From an uncultured virus (IMG/VR IMGVR_UViG_3300006155_000009) (taxonomy: Duplodnaviria; Heunggongvirae; Uroviricota; Caudoviricetes): a stretch of 64,000 nucleotides of DNA. The notes beneath the pieces are model-generated. The model had not been told where the DNA came from. It made no database searches and saw only the letters and a list, made by a program, of their open reading frames with translations. How positions within the stretch are numbered: the stretch's first letter is position 1; each line of letters starts with the position of its first letter. The stretch lies in the IMG/VR virus record IMGVR_UViG_3300006155_000009; one strand, given 5' to 3'. Of the stretch, positions 44,289-54,299 are shown piece by piece. The translations under genes and the position numbers were made by a program.

Positions 44289-47200
44289 GTGGATGAGGCC
44301 CGCAGTTTATCATATGGCATAACCGTAAGAGCAATTACAGAACAAGCCGAGGCAGGTATCCGTAACCTCATGGGGATGCTTGGTACGCTGCGGGCCGAGG
44401 CTGCGGGTGATGTGGACATCATCGCTGATACTGAACAGGCGTCCGAAAACATCCGTGATCTTGCGGGTGACATCGGGGACCTTCAGTCCGGCGCTGATGG
44501 TACAGACATCACCGTAGACGCAGATACTGACCAGGCTGAGGAAAGTATCCGGGAACTGACCGGCGACATCGGCAGCCTTGGCGAACGATCCGCAGACATT
44601 GACATTGAAGTCGATACCGAGCGGGCGCAGACCGATGTTCAAAATCTGGAAGACCGCGTTACCAACCTCGGTCAGGACCCGCCTGATATCGAAGTTGACG
44701 TTGACACAGACCGGGCCCACTCCGATTTACAAGACCTGTCCGATGATATCGGGAGCCTTGGGGACGGCGCTGGCGACATCGACATTGATGTTGACGTGGA
44801 TCAAGCCAGGCGCAACATCCGCGATCTGACCAATGACATCGGGGATCTGGAAGACGACGCTGGCGGTATCGGTTCTGCCTTCCGCAAGTCATTCCTCGCT
44901 GGGATAGACAGCGGCAACAGCCTCTCCTCGGCCCTCCGCTCCGGCGTGGGCGGGGCCATCACCCATATTGGCGAGAGGGTGACCGACCTCAAGGAGAATG
45001 TTGTCACCAAAATGACGGGCATCAAGGACAGCGTGGTGTCCGGGGCAAGCAGCATCAGGGAAGGGTTCACACACCCGATAGAGACCATCAAAAGCGGCCT
45101 TGGCGGGGCGATAGACCACGCCAGGAGCCGGTTCATTGATTTTGTCCGCGGAGCAAATGAGGCCGCAGACGCAGCGGACGATGTAGGCGACGCGGCGAAC
45201 GGCGCCAGACCAGATGTTGAAAATCTGGGCGATGCGGCGGAGAATACCGGCGGCAAATTTGAAAAGCTGGGCGGCATTCTAAAGGGCATCGGTAAAGCGG
45301 CGGCAATCGGCCTGACTGCCGCTACTGTGGCCGTTGGCGGCTTCGCTGCCGCCTCCGTCAACACGGGGATGGCCTTCGATTCGTCCATGTCCCAGGTAGC
45401 CGCTACAATGGGCTATTCTGTGGCGGAGCTGAACGACGCCACCTCTGAGGCAAGCCAGAACTTTAACCAGCTCCGAGAGTTTGCGCAGGAGATGGGCGCA
45501 AACACAGCGTTCTCCGCCTCCGAAGCAGCTGACGCGCTGAACTACATGGCCCTGGCCGGTTACGATGCCGAGAAATCCATGACCATGCTGCCAAACGTGC
45601 TGAACCTGGCAGCGGCGGGCGGCATTGATCTGGCGGCCGCGTCGGACATGGTGACGGACGCCCAGTCTGCGCTGGGGCTGTCAATGGGGGAAACCGCTGA
45701 CCTTGTAGACAAGATGGCGGCGGCGAGCTCCAAGTCAAACACCAGCGTCCAGCAGCTTGGCGATGCGATCCTCACGGTAGGCGGCACCGCAAAGAACCTG
45801 TCCGGCGGCACGACGGAGCTGAGTATGGCTCTGGGCGTCCTCGCGGACAACGGCATCAAGGGCGCGGAAGGCGGAACGGCCCTCCGTAACATGATCCTAT
45901 CTCTGTCTGCCCCCACGGACAAAGCGGCGGCTCAGCTGGAAGCATTGGGCGTAAATGCATTCGATGCAGAAGGCAACCTGCGTCCGCTGAACGAGACCTT
46001 TGGTGATCTGAACGGCGCTCTCTCCTCGCTGACGCAGGAGGAGCAGACCCAAGCGCTCAATGAGATATTCAACAAGGTAGACCTGAAGTCCGTAAATGCC
46101 ATGCTCGGCACCAGCGCAGAGCGTTTCGATGAGCTGGGCGCGGCTATTGACGGTGCGTGGGTCAACATGGGCAGCCTGTCCGATTCACTGTCCGATGTTG
46201 GAATCGACCTCACGGCCATGCAGGGCAACCTCGGCAAGCTCGGTATCAGCGAAAAGGCGTTCTCTGACATCCTCAAGACCTCCGGCGGAAACGCCGAAGC
46301 CTTTGCCGATGCACTTCTGGAGGCCGCAGACGCTGGCACATCCCAGGAGGATGTCGTTAAAGCCCTCGGCGGGGACCTCGGAGACCTGCAAACCGCCTTT
46401 GACAACACATCGGGCGCGGCGCAGGCCATGGCCGATACCCAGCTTGACAACCTGGCCGGTGATATAACGCTGTTCAAGAGCGCCTTGGAGGGCGCTCAAA
46501 TTGTTATTTCTGATGGGCTGACCCCATCCCTGCGGCAGTTTACACAGTTCGGCACAGATTCGGTCACGAAACTCTCGGAGGCGTTCCAGGAGGGTGGCCT
46601 GACCGGGGCGATGGGTGCCCTCGGCGGAATCCTGAGTGACGGCCTCGGCATGATCGTCGAAATGCTACCGACCGCAATTGATGCCGGGATGCAGCTGCTT
46701 GGCGCGCTGGGCCAGGGGTTGTTGGACAACTCGCCGCTGATTATCGATGCGGCAATCCAGATCGTGACCCTGCTGGGTGACGGCATCCTGAGCAGCCTGC
46801 CAGTGCTGGCCGGGGCGGCCATGGAAATCATCGCGTCGCTGGCGTCTGGCCTCGGCGATATGCTTCCCACGCTGATACCGTCCATGGTCGAGACAGTGAT
46901 GCTCATGGCCGGGACACTGATAGAGAATCTGCCCCTGGTGATTGATGCTGGGATGCAGCTCATCAGCGGTTTGGCTGACGGTATCATTGGCGCAATTCCA
47001 GTGCTCATTGGGCAGTTGCCGGAGCTGATTGACCAGATACTTGGCTTCCTGACAGAGAGCCTGCCCACCATTCTGGAGCAAGGTTCCACCATTCTGCTGT
47101 CGCTGACAGACGGCATCATTGGCGCGATACCCACGCTGGTCGAAATGCTGCCGGAGGTGGTCACGTCCATCTGCGGCTTCGTCACAGAGAACCTGCCCAC

Positions 47201-48236
47201 GATCCTGGAACAGGGCGTCCAGATACTCACCTCGCTGGCCACCGGCATCATAGGGGCCCTGCCTGAACTGATCGGACAGATACCCGCCATTATTACCGGC
47301 ATCGTTGGCACCCTGAGCGAGAACTTCCCCTCCATAGTTTCGACCGGCGTGACCCTGCTCCTGGAGCTGGGGGCCGGTATCATCTCTGCGATACCTCAGC
47401 TTGTGGCGCAGTTGCCGGCGATTGGAGCGGCTATTCTCGGTGCGTTCGGCGAGATACCCGGCATGGTGCTTGGCGTTGGCAAGAGCATTGTGGAGGGCCT
47501 GTGGAGCGGCATATCATCAATGGCGAGCTGGGTGGCTGATAAGGTCAAGGGCTTCGCAGGCGACATTGTAAACGGCATCAAGGGCTTCCTGGGCATCCAC
47601 AGCCCGTCTACTGTATTCGCTGAAATCGGCGACAATATGGCCTTGGGTCTCGGTAAGGGCTTCGGTGACAGCATGAAGGACGTCACTGAGGACATTAAGG
47701 GGGCTGTCCCGACAAATCTGGATGGGCCTGAAATTGATGTTCCTGAGCCGAACGGCCCTGCTGATGTGACCTATGGTGTGTATCCGAATGTTGAGGGAAT
47801 TGACGAAATCGGAAACGCCATTGCTGATTCCGTTTACAAGGTCAGCCCCATCATTGAGGACGTCAATACTCCGTCCGTTTCCGATGTTACCTACAGCGTG
47901 AACCCGCTTGTTGAAGACTTCAATCCCCCAAGCTACGAACAGTATGCCGGCGATGAAGACGGTGAGGGCGGCTATCCTGAGCAGGTTGATGGCGGCGGCA
48001 ACGGCGGCATCCCTGAGCCGGACGGCGGCTCTACCGGGAATGGCGGTGGTGGGTTTACCTTCTCCCCGACAGTCACGGTCCAGATTACGGTTGAGGGCAA
48101 CGCAGACAGCGAGGCCTTGGAGGAGATGCGGGCGCAGCTTATGGCTGAATTTGAGACCAAGATGAGGGAGCTGTACGATGAGTTCCGCGAGGAGGAGCTT
48201 CAGCAGGCGGCTCTCAAGAACCAATACGCATTTTGA
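44289..48236 (+). CDS. Tape measure protein
   Basis: 1315 aa; FDSSMSQVAAT..FSASEAADAL..DNLAGD..LFKSA core; LGIHSPS motif. Confidence 0.95.
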   Translation: MDEARSLSYGITVRAITEQAEAGIRNLMGMLGTLRAEAAGDVDIIADTEQASENIRDLAGDIGDLQSGADGTDITVDADTDQAEESIRELTGDIGSLGERSADIDIEVDTERAQTDVQNLEDRVTNLGQDPPDIEVDVDTDRAHSDLQDLSDDIGSLGDGAGDIDIDVDVDQARRNIRDLTNDIGDLEDDAGGIGSAFRKSFLAGIDSGNSLSSALRSGVGGAITHIGERVTDLKENVVTKMTGIKDSVVSGASSIREGFTHPIETIKSGLGGAIDHARSRFIDFVRGANEAADAADDVGDAANGARPDVENLGDAAENTGGKFEKLGGILKGIGKAAAIGLTAATVAVGGFAAASVNTGMAFDSSMSQVAATMGYSVAELNDATSEASQNFNQLREFAQEMGANTAFSASEAADALNYMALAGYDAEKSMTMLPNVLNLAAAGGIDLAAASDMVTDAQSALGLSMGETADLVDKMAAASSKSNTSVQQLGDAILTVGGTAKNLSGGTTELSMALGVLADNGIKGAEGGTALRNMILSLSAPTDKAAAQLEALGVNAFDAEGNLRPLNETFGDLNGALSSLTQEEQTQALNEIFNKVDLKSVNAMLGTSAERFDELGAAIDGAWVNMGSLSDSLSDVGIDLTAMQGNLGKLGISEKAFSDILKTSGGNAEAFADALLEAADAGTSQEDVVKALGGDLGDLQTAFDNTSGAAQAMADTQLDNLAGDITLFKSALEGAQIVISDGLTPSLRQFTQFGTDSVTKLSEAFQEGGLTGAMGALGGILSDGLGMIVEMLPTAIDAGMQLLGALGQGLLDNSPLIIDAAIQIVTLLGDGILSSLPVLAGAAMEIIASLASGLGDMLPTLIPSMVETVMLMAGTLIENLPLVIDAGMQLISGLADGIIGAIPVLIGQLPELIDQILGFLTESLPTILEQGSTILLSLTDGIIGAIPTLVEMLPEVVTSICGFVTENLPTILEQGVQILTSLATGIIGALPELIGQIPAIITGIVGTLSENFPSIVSTGVTLLLELGAGIISAIPQLVAQLPAIGAAILGAFGEIPGMVLGVGKSIVEGLWSGISSMASWVADKVKGFAGDIVNGIKGFLGIHSPSTVFAEIGDNMALGLGKGFGDSMKDVTEDIKGAVPTNLDGPEIDVPEPNGPADVTYGVYPNVEGIDEIGNAIADSVYKVSPIIEDVNTPSVSDVTYSVNPLVEDFNPPSYEQYAGDEDGEGGYPEQVDGGGNGGIPEPDGGSTGNGGGGFTFSPTVTVQITVEGNADSEALEEMRAQLMAEFETKMRELYDEFREEELQQAALKNQYAF

Positions 48237-48250
48237 TTGGAGGAAACATC

Positions 48251-48634
48251 ATGAAAAAACTGTTTGCCGCACTTTTTGCACTTATGCTGTGTGTCATCAC
48301 TTTGTCTGCCTGCTCCGAGGCGGACAAAGTGAACACCAATCTGTCCAAACAGGCTGATTACTTCGAGTGCGAGCGCAGGATCACCGTTTACAATGCTCGC
48401 ACCGACACCATCATCCTGGAAGCAGAAGGCTATATGAGCGTCAGCAATAACTCCGCGAGTGAACTGGTCGTGACCTGCAAGGTGGGCCAGAACGAGTATA
48501 AGAAAAACTATATCTACCTCAATGACTATACCCTGTACGTTGTTGAGGACATCACGGGGACACACACAGACCCGTACCATTATCAGCTTTATTTCCACAC
48601 AGAGGTGTTACCCACGGTCGATGTGAAACCATAG
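48251..48634 (+). CDS. Lipoprotein
   Basis: Signal peptide with lipobox LSAC. Confidence 0.8.
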   Translation: MKKLFAALFALMLCVITLSACSEADKVNTNLSKQADYFECERRITVYNARTDTIILEAEGYMSVSNNSASELVVTCKVGQNEYKKNYIYLNDYTLYVVEDITGTHTDPYHYQLYFHTEVLPTVDVKP

Positions 48635-48654
48635 CCGAAATTGGAGGTGGCGGT

Positions 48655-49248
48655 ATGGCCTATATACTCACCAGCAGGAAGGGCGGTACAGTCCGCTTTG
48701 AGCCTTTGAAAAACGGTGTCGTTGAGAAGGAAAGTGAGAATTACAGCAGCACCGTCACCTCCAATCCGATTGAGAACGGTGCCGAGATAAACGACCATGT
48801 GAACAACGCATCCGGCACTCTCAATATCTCCGGCGTGATCATCGGCGGAAACAGCGCAATAAACGCTCTGAAAGCTATGCGGGCCTCGCGGGATATCATC
48901 ACCTATATAGGCGTCACTCGGATGTCCAACCTCGTCTTCACGAGCCTCAAGTTTGACCGCTCGTATAAGAACAGGAACGGCGCATCTTTCTCTGCGACTC
49001 TAAAGCAGGTACAGATCAGTTCCGCGGAGTATGTCCCGATGGATGGCGCGCTACCAATGACCAGCCAGGATGATGGAAAGGCTGAAGACCAGCAGCTGGC
49101 GAAAACAGCCAACGCCGGCCTGACGATGGTGTCCCTGCAGTCGGTAAGCTCGGCCAGCGTGGAGCGGCATGGTGCAGCGTACACACAGCCCAGCAGTGCC
49201 GCTCCGTTGACGAGGCAGACCGGGGCCTATGACGGCCTCGCCGTGTAA
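48655..49248 (+). CDS. Baseplate/tube initiator protein
   Basis: VTSNPIENGAEINDH motif; synteny. Confidence 0.75.
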   Translation: MAYILTSRKGGTVRFEPLKNGVVEKESENYSSTVTSNPIENGAEINDHVNNASGTLNISGVIIGGNSAINALKAMRASRDIITYIGVTRMSNLVFTSLKFDRSYKNRNGASFSATLKQVQISSAEYVPMDGALPMTSQDDGKAEDQQLAKTANAGLTMVSLQSVSSASVERHGAAYTQPSSAAPLTRQTGAYDGLAV

Positions 49249-49261
49249 GGGGGGAACGAAT

Positions 49262-49618
49262 ATGGCCCTGCAGCTGATAGACCTGAACTCTGATGTGCAG
49301 TATATCGCCATCGACGTGTCGCGTGTGCCATACACCTTTTCGGTGAAGCTGACTGACCGCACCTACTCGTTCACGGTCAAGTACAACGCCACCGGGAAGT
49401 TCTTCACGATTGACCTATACGATGTGAACGGAAACGTCCTCACCTTCGGGGAGATCGTCCGCTATGGCCGTCCCCTGTTCAACGTGGTCGAGGATGAGCG
49501 GTTCCCGATCCCGGTCATCATCCCGTCCTGCATTACCGGCGACAGCATCTCCGAGGTCACATGGGAGAACTTCGGGAAGGATGTGAAACTCTACCTCCAC
49601 GAAAGGAAGGTGGAGTGA
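49262..49618 (+). CDS. Baseplate protein
   Basis: Synteny. Confidence 0.65.
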   Translation: MALQLIDLNSDVQYIAIDVSRVPYTFSVKLTDRTYSFTVKYNATGKFFTIDLYDVNGNVLTFGEIVRYGRPLFNVVEDERFPIPVIIPSCITGDSISEVTWENFGKDVKLYLHERKVE

Positions 49619-49619
49619 T

Positions 49620-50462
49620 ATGGCCTTTTGGATCAGGGCGGCCACACTGGTCATCGGGAACAGCAAGTACGATCTGGACGGAATGAACTTCACGTTCAAT
49701 ATTCCCTTCGAGGACAGCGACGAGCCCCCAGTGGCCACCGTGACCGTGACAAACCTCTCCGCTAATACCCGCAACGGCATCAAGAAAGACGATCCCGTGA
49801 TCTTGAACGCCGGCTACCAGGGGAACGTCGGCTGCATCCTGGTCGGCAAGGTGGTCGGACTGAAGCACAAGCAGAACAATGTGGATTGGTCGTCCACCCT
49901 GACCGTCCAGCCCTGTGCGGAGGAAATCCTGGGACGGATCGTCAACAAGACCTACACGGAGAACGTAAAGGCGTCCGCGATCATCCGGGACCTGTTGAAC
50001 ATCTTTGGGGTGGAGGTCGCCAGGTGTGAGTTGTCCATCGACACCAGCTACCCGCGGGGCCGCGTCTGCCGGGGGAATCTGAAGAAGGTGCTCACGGAGA
50101 TCGTGGTGAATGAGTGCAAGAGCCGGTTCATAGTCCGAACCACTGGGCAGGTCTACATCACAAAGGCGGATGACGGTATCAATAACGGCGTCACGCTCAC
50201 CCCGGCGACCGGCCTCCTCCGCTCCGACGAGGAAACCGTTGCCATCCAGGTCGAGACCGACCTGAACTCGCAGAAGACCGGGGAGGATCGAAAAGAGGAT
50301 ACCATCTCCCGCTCCTGCCTGCTCAACTACAGCATCGCCACCGCCGAGGTCGTGAAGGTCCAGTCCAGCGACTTGAACGGCAGATTCATTGTGGTGAAGG
50401 GCAGCCACAAAGGGGGCCGGACCGGGGATTGGAAGACCTCCATGGAGCTGAAGCCATACTGA
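49620..50462 (+). CDS. Baseplate hub protein
   Basis: VTNLS..LNAGYQG..TGLL; synteny. Confidence 0.75.
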   Translation: MAFWIRAATLVIGNSKYDLDGMNFTFNIPFEDSDEPPVATVTVTNLSANTRNGIKKDDPVILNAGYQGNVGCILVGKVVGLKHKQNNVDWSSTLTVQPCAEEILGRIVNKTYTENVKASAIIRDLLNIFGVEVARCELSIDTSYPRGRVCRGNLKKVLTEIVVNECKSRFIVRTTGQVYITKADDGINNGVTLTPATGLLRSDEETVAIQVETDLNSQKTGEDRKEDTISRSCLLNYSIATAEVVKVQSSDLNGRFIVVKGSHKGGRTGDWKTSMELKPY

Positions 50463-50475
50463 GGAGGGATTGCTC

Positions 50476-51075
50476 ATGGGACTGGCCGATGTAAACCAGT
50501 ACAATTACCAGCGGATTCACGATGACAAACTCCGGGAGTCCATCTGCGTGGCCGCCACGGTGCAGGTAATGTCCTTTGACCCCGCAAAGATGACGGTGAA
50601 CGTCCAGCCGCTCTCCAAGCACCTGGAGAACGGCAAGTACGAAAGCCAGCCGCCTATCCTGAAGGTGCCTGTGGCCCTCACGCACTGCGGTGGCTTTATC
50701 TTCCGCCCCTGGATAAAAGAGGGCGACATCGGCACTGTGGTCTACCTGGATCACGATATGGACGCTACCGTGACCGGGGGTAAGGAGGCCAAGCCCCTGA
50801 CCGAGCGGAACCACGCCACGACCGACGCCATCTTTGTGGGGGCGCTGGTGGCCGGGAGCTACACGGTGAAGGGACTGCCGGACGAAAGTATCTGCATTGC
50901 CACCGAGGACGGCAAGATTTACGTTGCCGTCACCAAGGACAAGGTGATCGTGAAGAACGAAGACACCACCGCCGAGTTCACCGCCACCACGATTGACATG
51001 AAATCCACCGATATGAACATCACGCTGGACGGAAACATGACGGTCAAGACCGGCGGTAAGATTTATCTCAATTAG
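50476..51075 (+). CDS. Baseplate spike (Gp138-like)
   Basis: TVNVQPL..VPV..GDIG..D.DMD..RNHATTDAIF; beta-repeat C-terminus. Confidence 0.8.
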   Translation: MGLADVNQYNYQRIHDDKLRESICVAATVQVMSFDPAKMTVNVQPLSKHLENGKYESQPPILKVPVALTHCGGFIFRPWIKEGDIGTVVYLDHDMDATVTGGKEAKPLTERNHATTDAIFVGALVAGSYTVKGLPDESICIATEDGKIYVAVTKDKVIVKNEDTTAEFTATTIDMKSTDMNITLDGNMTVKTGGKIYLN

Positions 51076-51085
51076 GAGGTGCTCT

Positions 51086-51376
51086 ATGCCAGCAGCAACG
51101 AGACAAGGCGACAACTGCACCGGACACGATTCTTGCCCGCCCGTTCCCCTGGTAAGCTGCAGCCCGAACGTCATTATCAACGGAAAGGGCGCAGGCCGCC
51201 GGACGGATCAGTATTCTACGCATGGATGCGTCACTCATCCAGGCCACCAGGACATGATTGCCGCCGGGAGCTCCAAGGTTGACATCAACGGTCTCCCTGC
51301 CGCCCGTGTCGGCGATGCTGTCTCAATCGGAGGCACCGTGCAGGAGGGCAGCGGCAACGTGATCATAGGCGGGTGA
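51086..51376 (+). CDS. PAAR spike tip protein
   Basis: MPAATRQGD..INGLPAARVGD. Confidence 0.92.
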   Translation: MPAATRQGDNCTGHDSCPPVPLVSCSPNVIINGKGAGRRTDQYSTHGCVTHPGHQDMIAAGSSKVDINGLPAARVGDAVSIGGTVQEGSGNVIIGG

Positions 51377-51515
51377 CCGCCCCCCCTGTAAGCGATTTTA
51401 AGCCGCCCACAGCGGCTTTTATCTTTAGCCCAACCCTTACCCACCTTGCGCCGTATCCCCGCCTTCCTGGGGACACTGCGCAACTCTGTGGCCGGTTCTG
51501 AAAGGAGACTTCCCA

Positions 51516-51788
51516 ATGGGACTGTCAAAACTCGCGGCAGGCTGCCAGTCCTGCCCGTATGTCGATACCTGCGACCACAAGCGCATGGAGGCCCTTGGCT
51601 TTCTGCCTGAGCCTCCGTTGTCCATGTCTGCCTCCCAGCCTGCGGCAGACTCTGCGGCCCAGCCGCTCCTCCGGGAGACGCGGGAAATCCGGGTGAACGG
51701 CAAGCCCGTGACCGTCTATGTGGATGAAATCGAAAAGCAGCTCACGCGAGGGTTGTATGCCCACCTGGGCTTGCAGTTCGGAGCGTAA
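51516..51788 (+). CDS. Small Cys-rich hypothetical protein (insertion in the baseplate operon)
   Basis: AAAGGAG RBS; CQSCP..CDHK. Confidence 0.6.
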   Translation: MGLSKLAAGCQSCPYVDTCDHKRMEALGFLPEPPLSMSASQPAADSAAQPLLRETREIRVNGKPVTVYVDEIEKQLTRGLYAHLGLQFGA

Positions 51789-51815
51789 CCCGGATGGAGA
51801 AAGGAGCGCGGCCAT

Positions 51816-52187
51816 ATGGATGAGGACATGACCTTGCTGATTGACCCTGAGACCCGCGATCTGGTTTTCGATGGGGGCGGCAATTTCGTGAAAATCTATG
51901 GTGCTGATACGACCGTCCAGAACGTGCGCCACGCGCTCCTGACCTGGAAGGCTGAGTTCTTCGCCGACCTGGTACATGGCACCGACTATGAGCGCATTAT
52001 GGGCACGAATCAGAACGAGATAGACATCAACGAAATCCAAGACATTGTCCGAGAGGCCATCTTCCAGGAAGATGAGGTTTCCCGGATAGACACACTCAAT
52101 GTCTCATATGACGGGCGGAGCGTGACGGCTGAGTTTTCGGCCACGCTCGTCAGCGGCGAGACCATCGAATTGGAGGTGACAGCGTAA
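51816..52187 (+). CDS. Sheath initiator/gp25-like (DUF2634-like)
   Basis: LLTWKAEFF.D..HGTDY; precedes baseplate J. Confidence 0.75.
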   Translation: MDEDMTLLIDPETRDLVFDGGGNFVKIYGADTTVQNVRHALLTWKAEFFADLVHGTDYERIMGTNQNEIDINEIQDIVREAIFQEDEVSRIDTLNVSYDGRSVTAEFSATLVSGETIELEVTA

Positions 52188-53365
52188 TGGCGAAACCGAA
52201 CGAGTGGGGCCTGACCGATGCTGGCTTTAGGCGTCCGACCTATGCGGAGCTGCTGGATGCCCTGGAGTACAAGGCCCGTGAGTTGTTCGGCTCCAAGGCC
52301 AACCTGACCGTCCGATCCCCGCTCGGAATCTTCCTGCGGATCTTCGCTTGGGTGCTGAACCTCCTGTTCTCTACTCTGGAGGATGTGTACAACAGCCGGT
52401 TCGTTGACACTGCGGTTGGCGCCAGCCTCCTCCACCTTGGCCGGATGATCGGTATACGGCTCCTGGGAGCGCAGAAAGCCATGGGCTACCTGACATTTTA
52501 CGGCGACGACAATGTGGAGGTCCCGGCGGGCTTTCTTGCCGAGACCACAGCCGGGGTGCAGTATGTCACGCTCAGAGCCGGAGTGATCACAGGCGGCAGC
52601 GTGACCCTCCCGGCGTCGGCGGCGGTCGCTGGGCCTGACGGCAATTCCGCCGAGGGAACGATAAAGAACATTTCAAATCCGAAACTCGGCATCAGGTCTG
52701 TGACAAACGAGAAAGCCTTTGAAGGCGGCAGAAACACAGAAACCCCCGCCGAGTTCCGGGAACGGTACTACAAATCGGTGGACTTCGCCGGCGGCGTGAA
52801 CATCGACGCCATTATCGCGGAGATTTACGAGAGCGTTGAGGCAGTCATCGCAGTCGCCGGGGAGGAGAACGACACCGACTTTGAGAGCAAGACCGGGCTG
52901 CCCCCTCACTCTGTTGAGATCGTTGCATACGGAGGATTGGACGAGGACGTGGCGAAAGCCATCTACCGCCGGAAGGCCGCAGGCATCCAGACCTACGGAA
53001 ACACAACGGTCTCCGTGGTCAAGGCTGACGGGAGGCTTTACGATGTCCATTTCAGCCGCCCGACCCCCGTCGGCATATGGGTGAAGGTGTTCAACCTCGT
53101 AACGGACAGCAAGTTCCCCCTGGACGGCATCGAGCGGATCAAACAGGCCATCATCCAGCACATTGGCGTGAACACTCGCGGCGGACTGAACATAGGGCAG
53201 GACGTTATCAACGTGACCCTGCCCACGATTGTTCTGAAGGTGCCGGGGGTGGTGGACTTCGACCTCCAGATCAGCTCCGATGGTGAGCACTTCAGCTGGA
53301 AGAACATCGAGGTTGCTGCCAGGGAGAAGGCCGTCACCGATGAAAGCATGGTGATCGTGGAGTGA
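52187..53365 (+). CDS. Baseplate J/gp47 family protein
   Basis: GPDGN..GGRNTET..EFRERY..LPPHS. Confidence 0.9.
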   Translation: MAKPNEWGLTDAGFRRPTYAELLDALEYKARELFGSKANLTVRSPLGIFLRIFAWVLNLLFSTLEDVYNSRFVDTAVGASLLHLGRMIGIRLLGAQKAMGYLTFYGDDNVEVPAGFLAETTAGVQYVTLRAGVITGGSVTLPASAAVAGPDGNSAEGTIKNISNPKLGIRSVTNEKAFEGGRNTETPAEFRERYYKSVDFAGGVNIDAIIAEIYESVEAVIAVAGEENDTDFESKTGLPPHSVEIVAYGGLDEDVAKAIYRRKAAGIQTYGNTTVSVVKADGRLYDVHFSRPTPVGIWVKVFNLVTDSKFPLDGIERIKQAIIQHIGVNTRGGLNIGQDVINVTLPTIVLKVPGVVDFDLQISSDGEHFSWKNIEVAAREKAVTDESMVIVE

Positions 53366-54285
53366 AGAACTATCTATCTGAAATGCTGTATGCGCTGACC
53401 AGCGCCTACAGCCGGAAGGACTACGATAACCACCAGCAGGGCCGACCGCTGGAGACGAACATCGGCAAGCTGTTCTCTCTGTTCGCCTGGGGCCTGGACA
53501 TCGTCCAGGAAAACGCGGAGCTGGTAAAGCAATGGGATGACCTGGAGGCGGCGAGGGGCGCTGTCCTGGACAGGTATGGGGCCAACTGGGGTGTTCAGCG
53601 GTTCAGCGAGAGCGATGCGCTGTACCGCCTCGCAATCCGGGTCAAGATTCTGTCCCAGCTATCCGGCGGCGATACCGATACAGTCATCAGGGCCGCCGCT
53701 GACCTACTGGGCGTCGAGAACCACGATGTTGAGTTCGAGGACGTGTTCCCGGCCAAGATTGCCCTCTATGTGGACTGGCTGCTCCTGACGCAGGAGCGGC
53801 AAGACCTGATCGAGCCTATCGCCTGGGCAATCAAGCGCATTGTCGCCGCCGGCGTAGGTATGCGGCTATATGTGAGGACATACCGCACCTACCGCTTTGA
53901 CATGCCCATTTCCCACGGCGGAGCCATCGGGACGTTCTACAAGTACCTCCCCATCGGAAAAGACCGGGAACTCATCTGGGATATGGCTGTTGCGCACGGC
54001 GGATCTGTGGCAACGGATTTTTCCTATACACCAATCGGGGAGGATCGAACCGCGAGGACCGGGTTCTCGGTCGGCCACGCTGCGGTTCAACAGGCGGCTA
54101 TCTCGGCCTCCCCGGTCGGCAAGGATAAGGCATTCCACAAGCCCGTTTCCGTGGCGCACAGCAGCCTTCTTCCGCCCACCCTTACCGGAGCACTACCCGA
54201 TACCCACATGGCCTCTGTGGGCCGCAGGAGTGGGCGGGGCGGGGCCTATATGCACAGCCACATCAAACCAAAGCGAATTGACTAA
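53362..54285 (+). CDS. Baseplate wedge protein
   Basis: ARGAVLDRYG..R..D..YR; AAGVG; synteny. Confidence 0.7.
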   Translation: MKNYLSEMLYALTSAYSRKDYDNHQQGRPLETNIGKLFSLFAWGLDIVQENAELVKQWDDLEAARGAVLDRYGANWGVQRFSESDALYRLAIRVKILSQLSGGDTDTVIRAAADLLGVENHDVEFEDVFPAKIALYVDWLLLTQERQDLIEPIAWAIKRIVAAGVGMRLYVRTYRTYRFDMPISHGGAIGTFYKYLPIGKDRELIWDMAVAHGGSVATDFSYTPIGEDRTARTGFSVGHAAVQQAAISASPVGKDKAFHKPVSVAHSSLLPPTLTGALPDTHMASVGRRSGRGGAYMHSHIKPKRID

Positions 54286-54299
54286 AAGGAGGAGTACCT

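Noticed and set aside
51086..51376. Type VI secretion or tailocin locus (PAAR, sheath)
   Set aside because: Embedded in a full phage with capsid, portal and terminase; PAAR is the spike tip.
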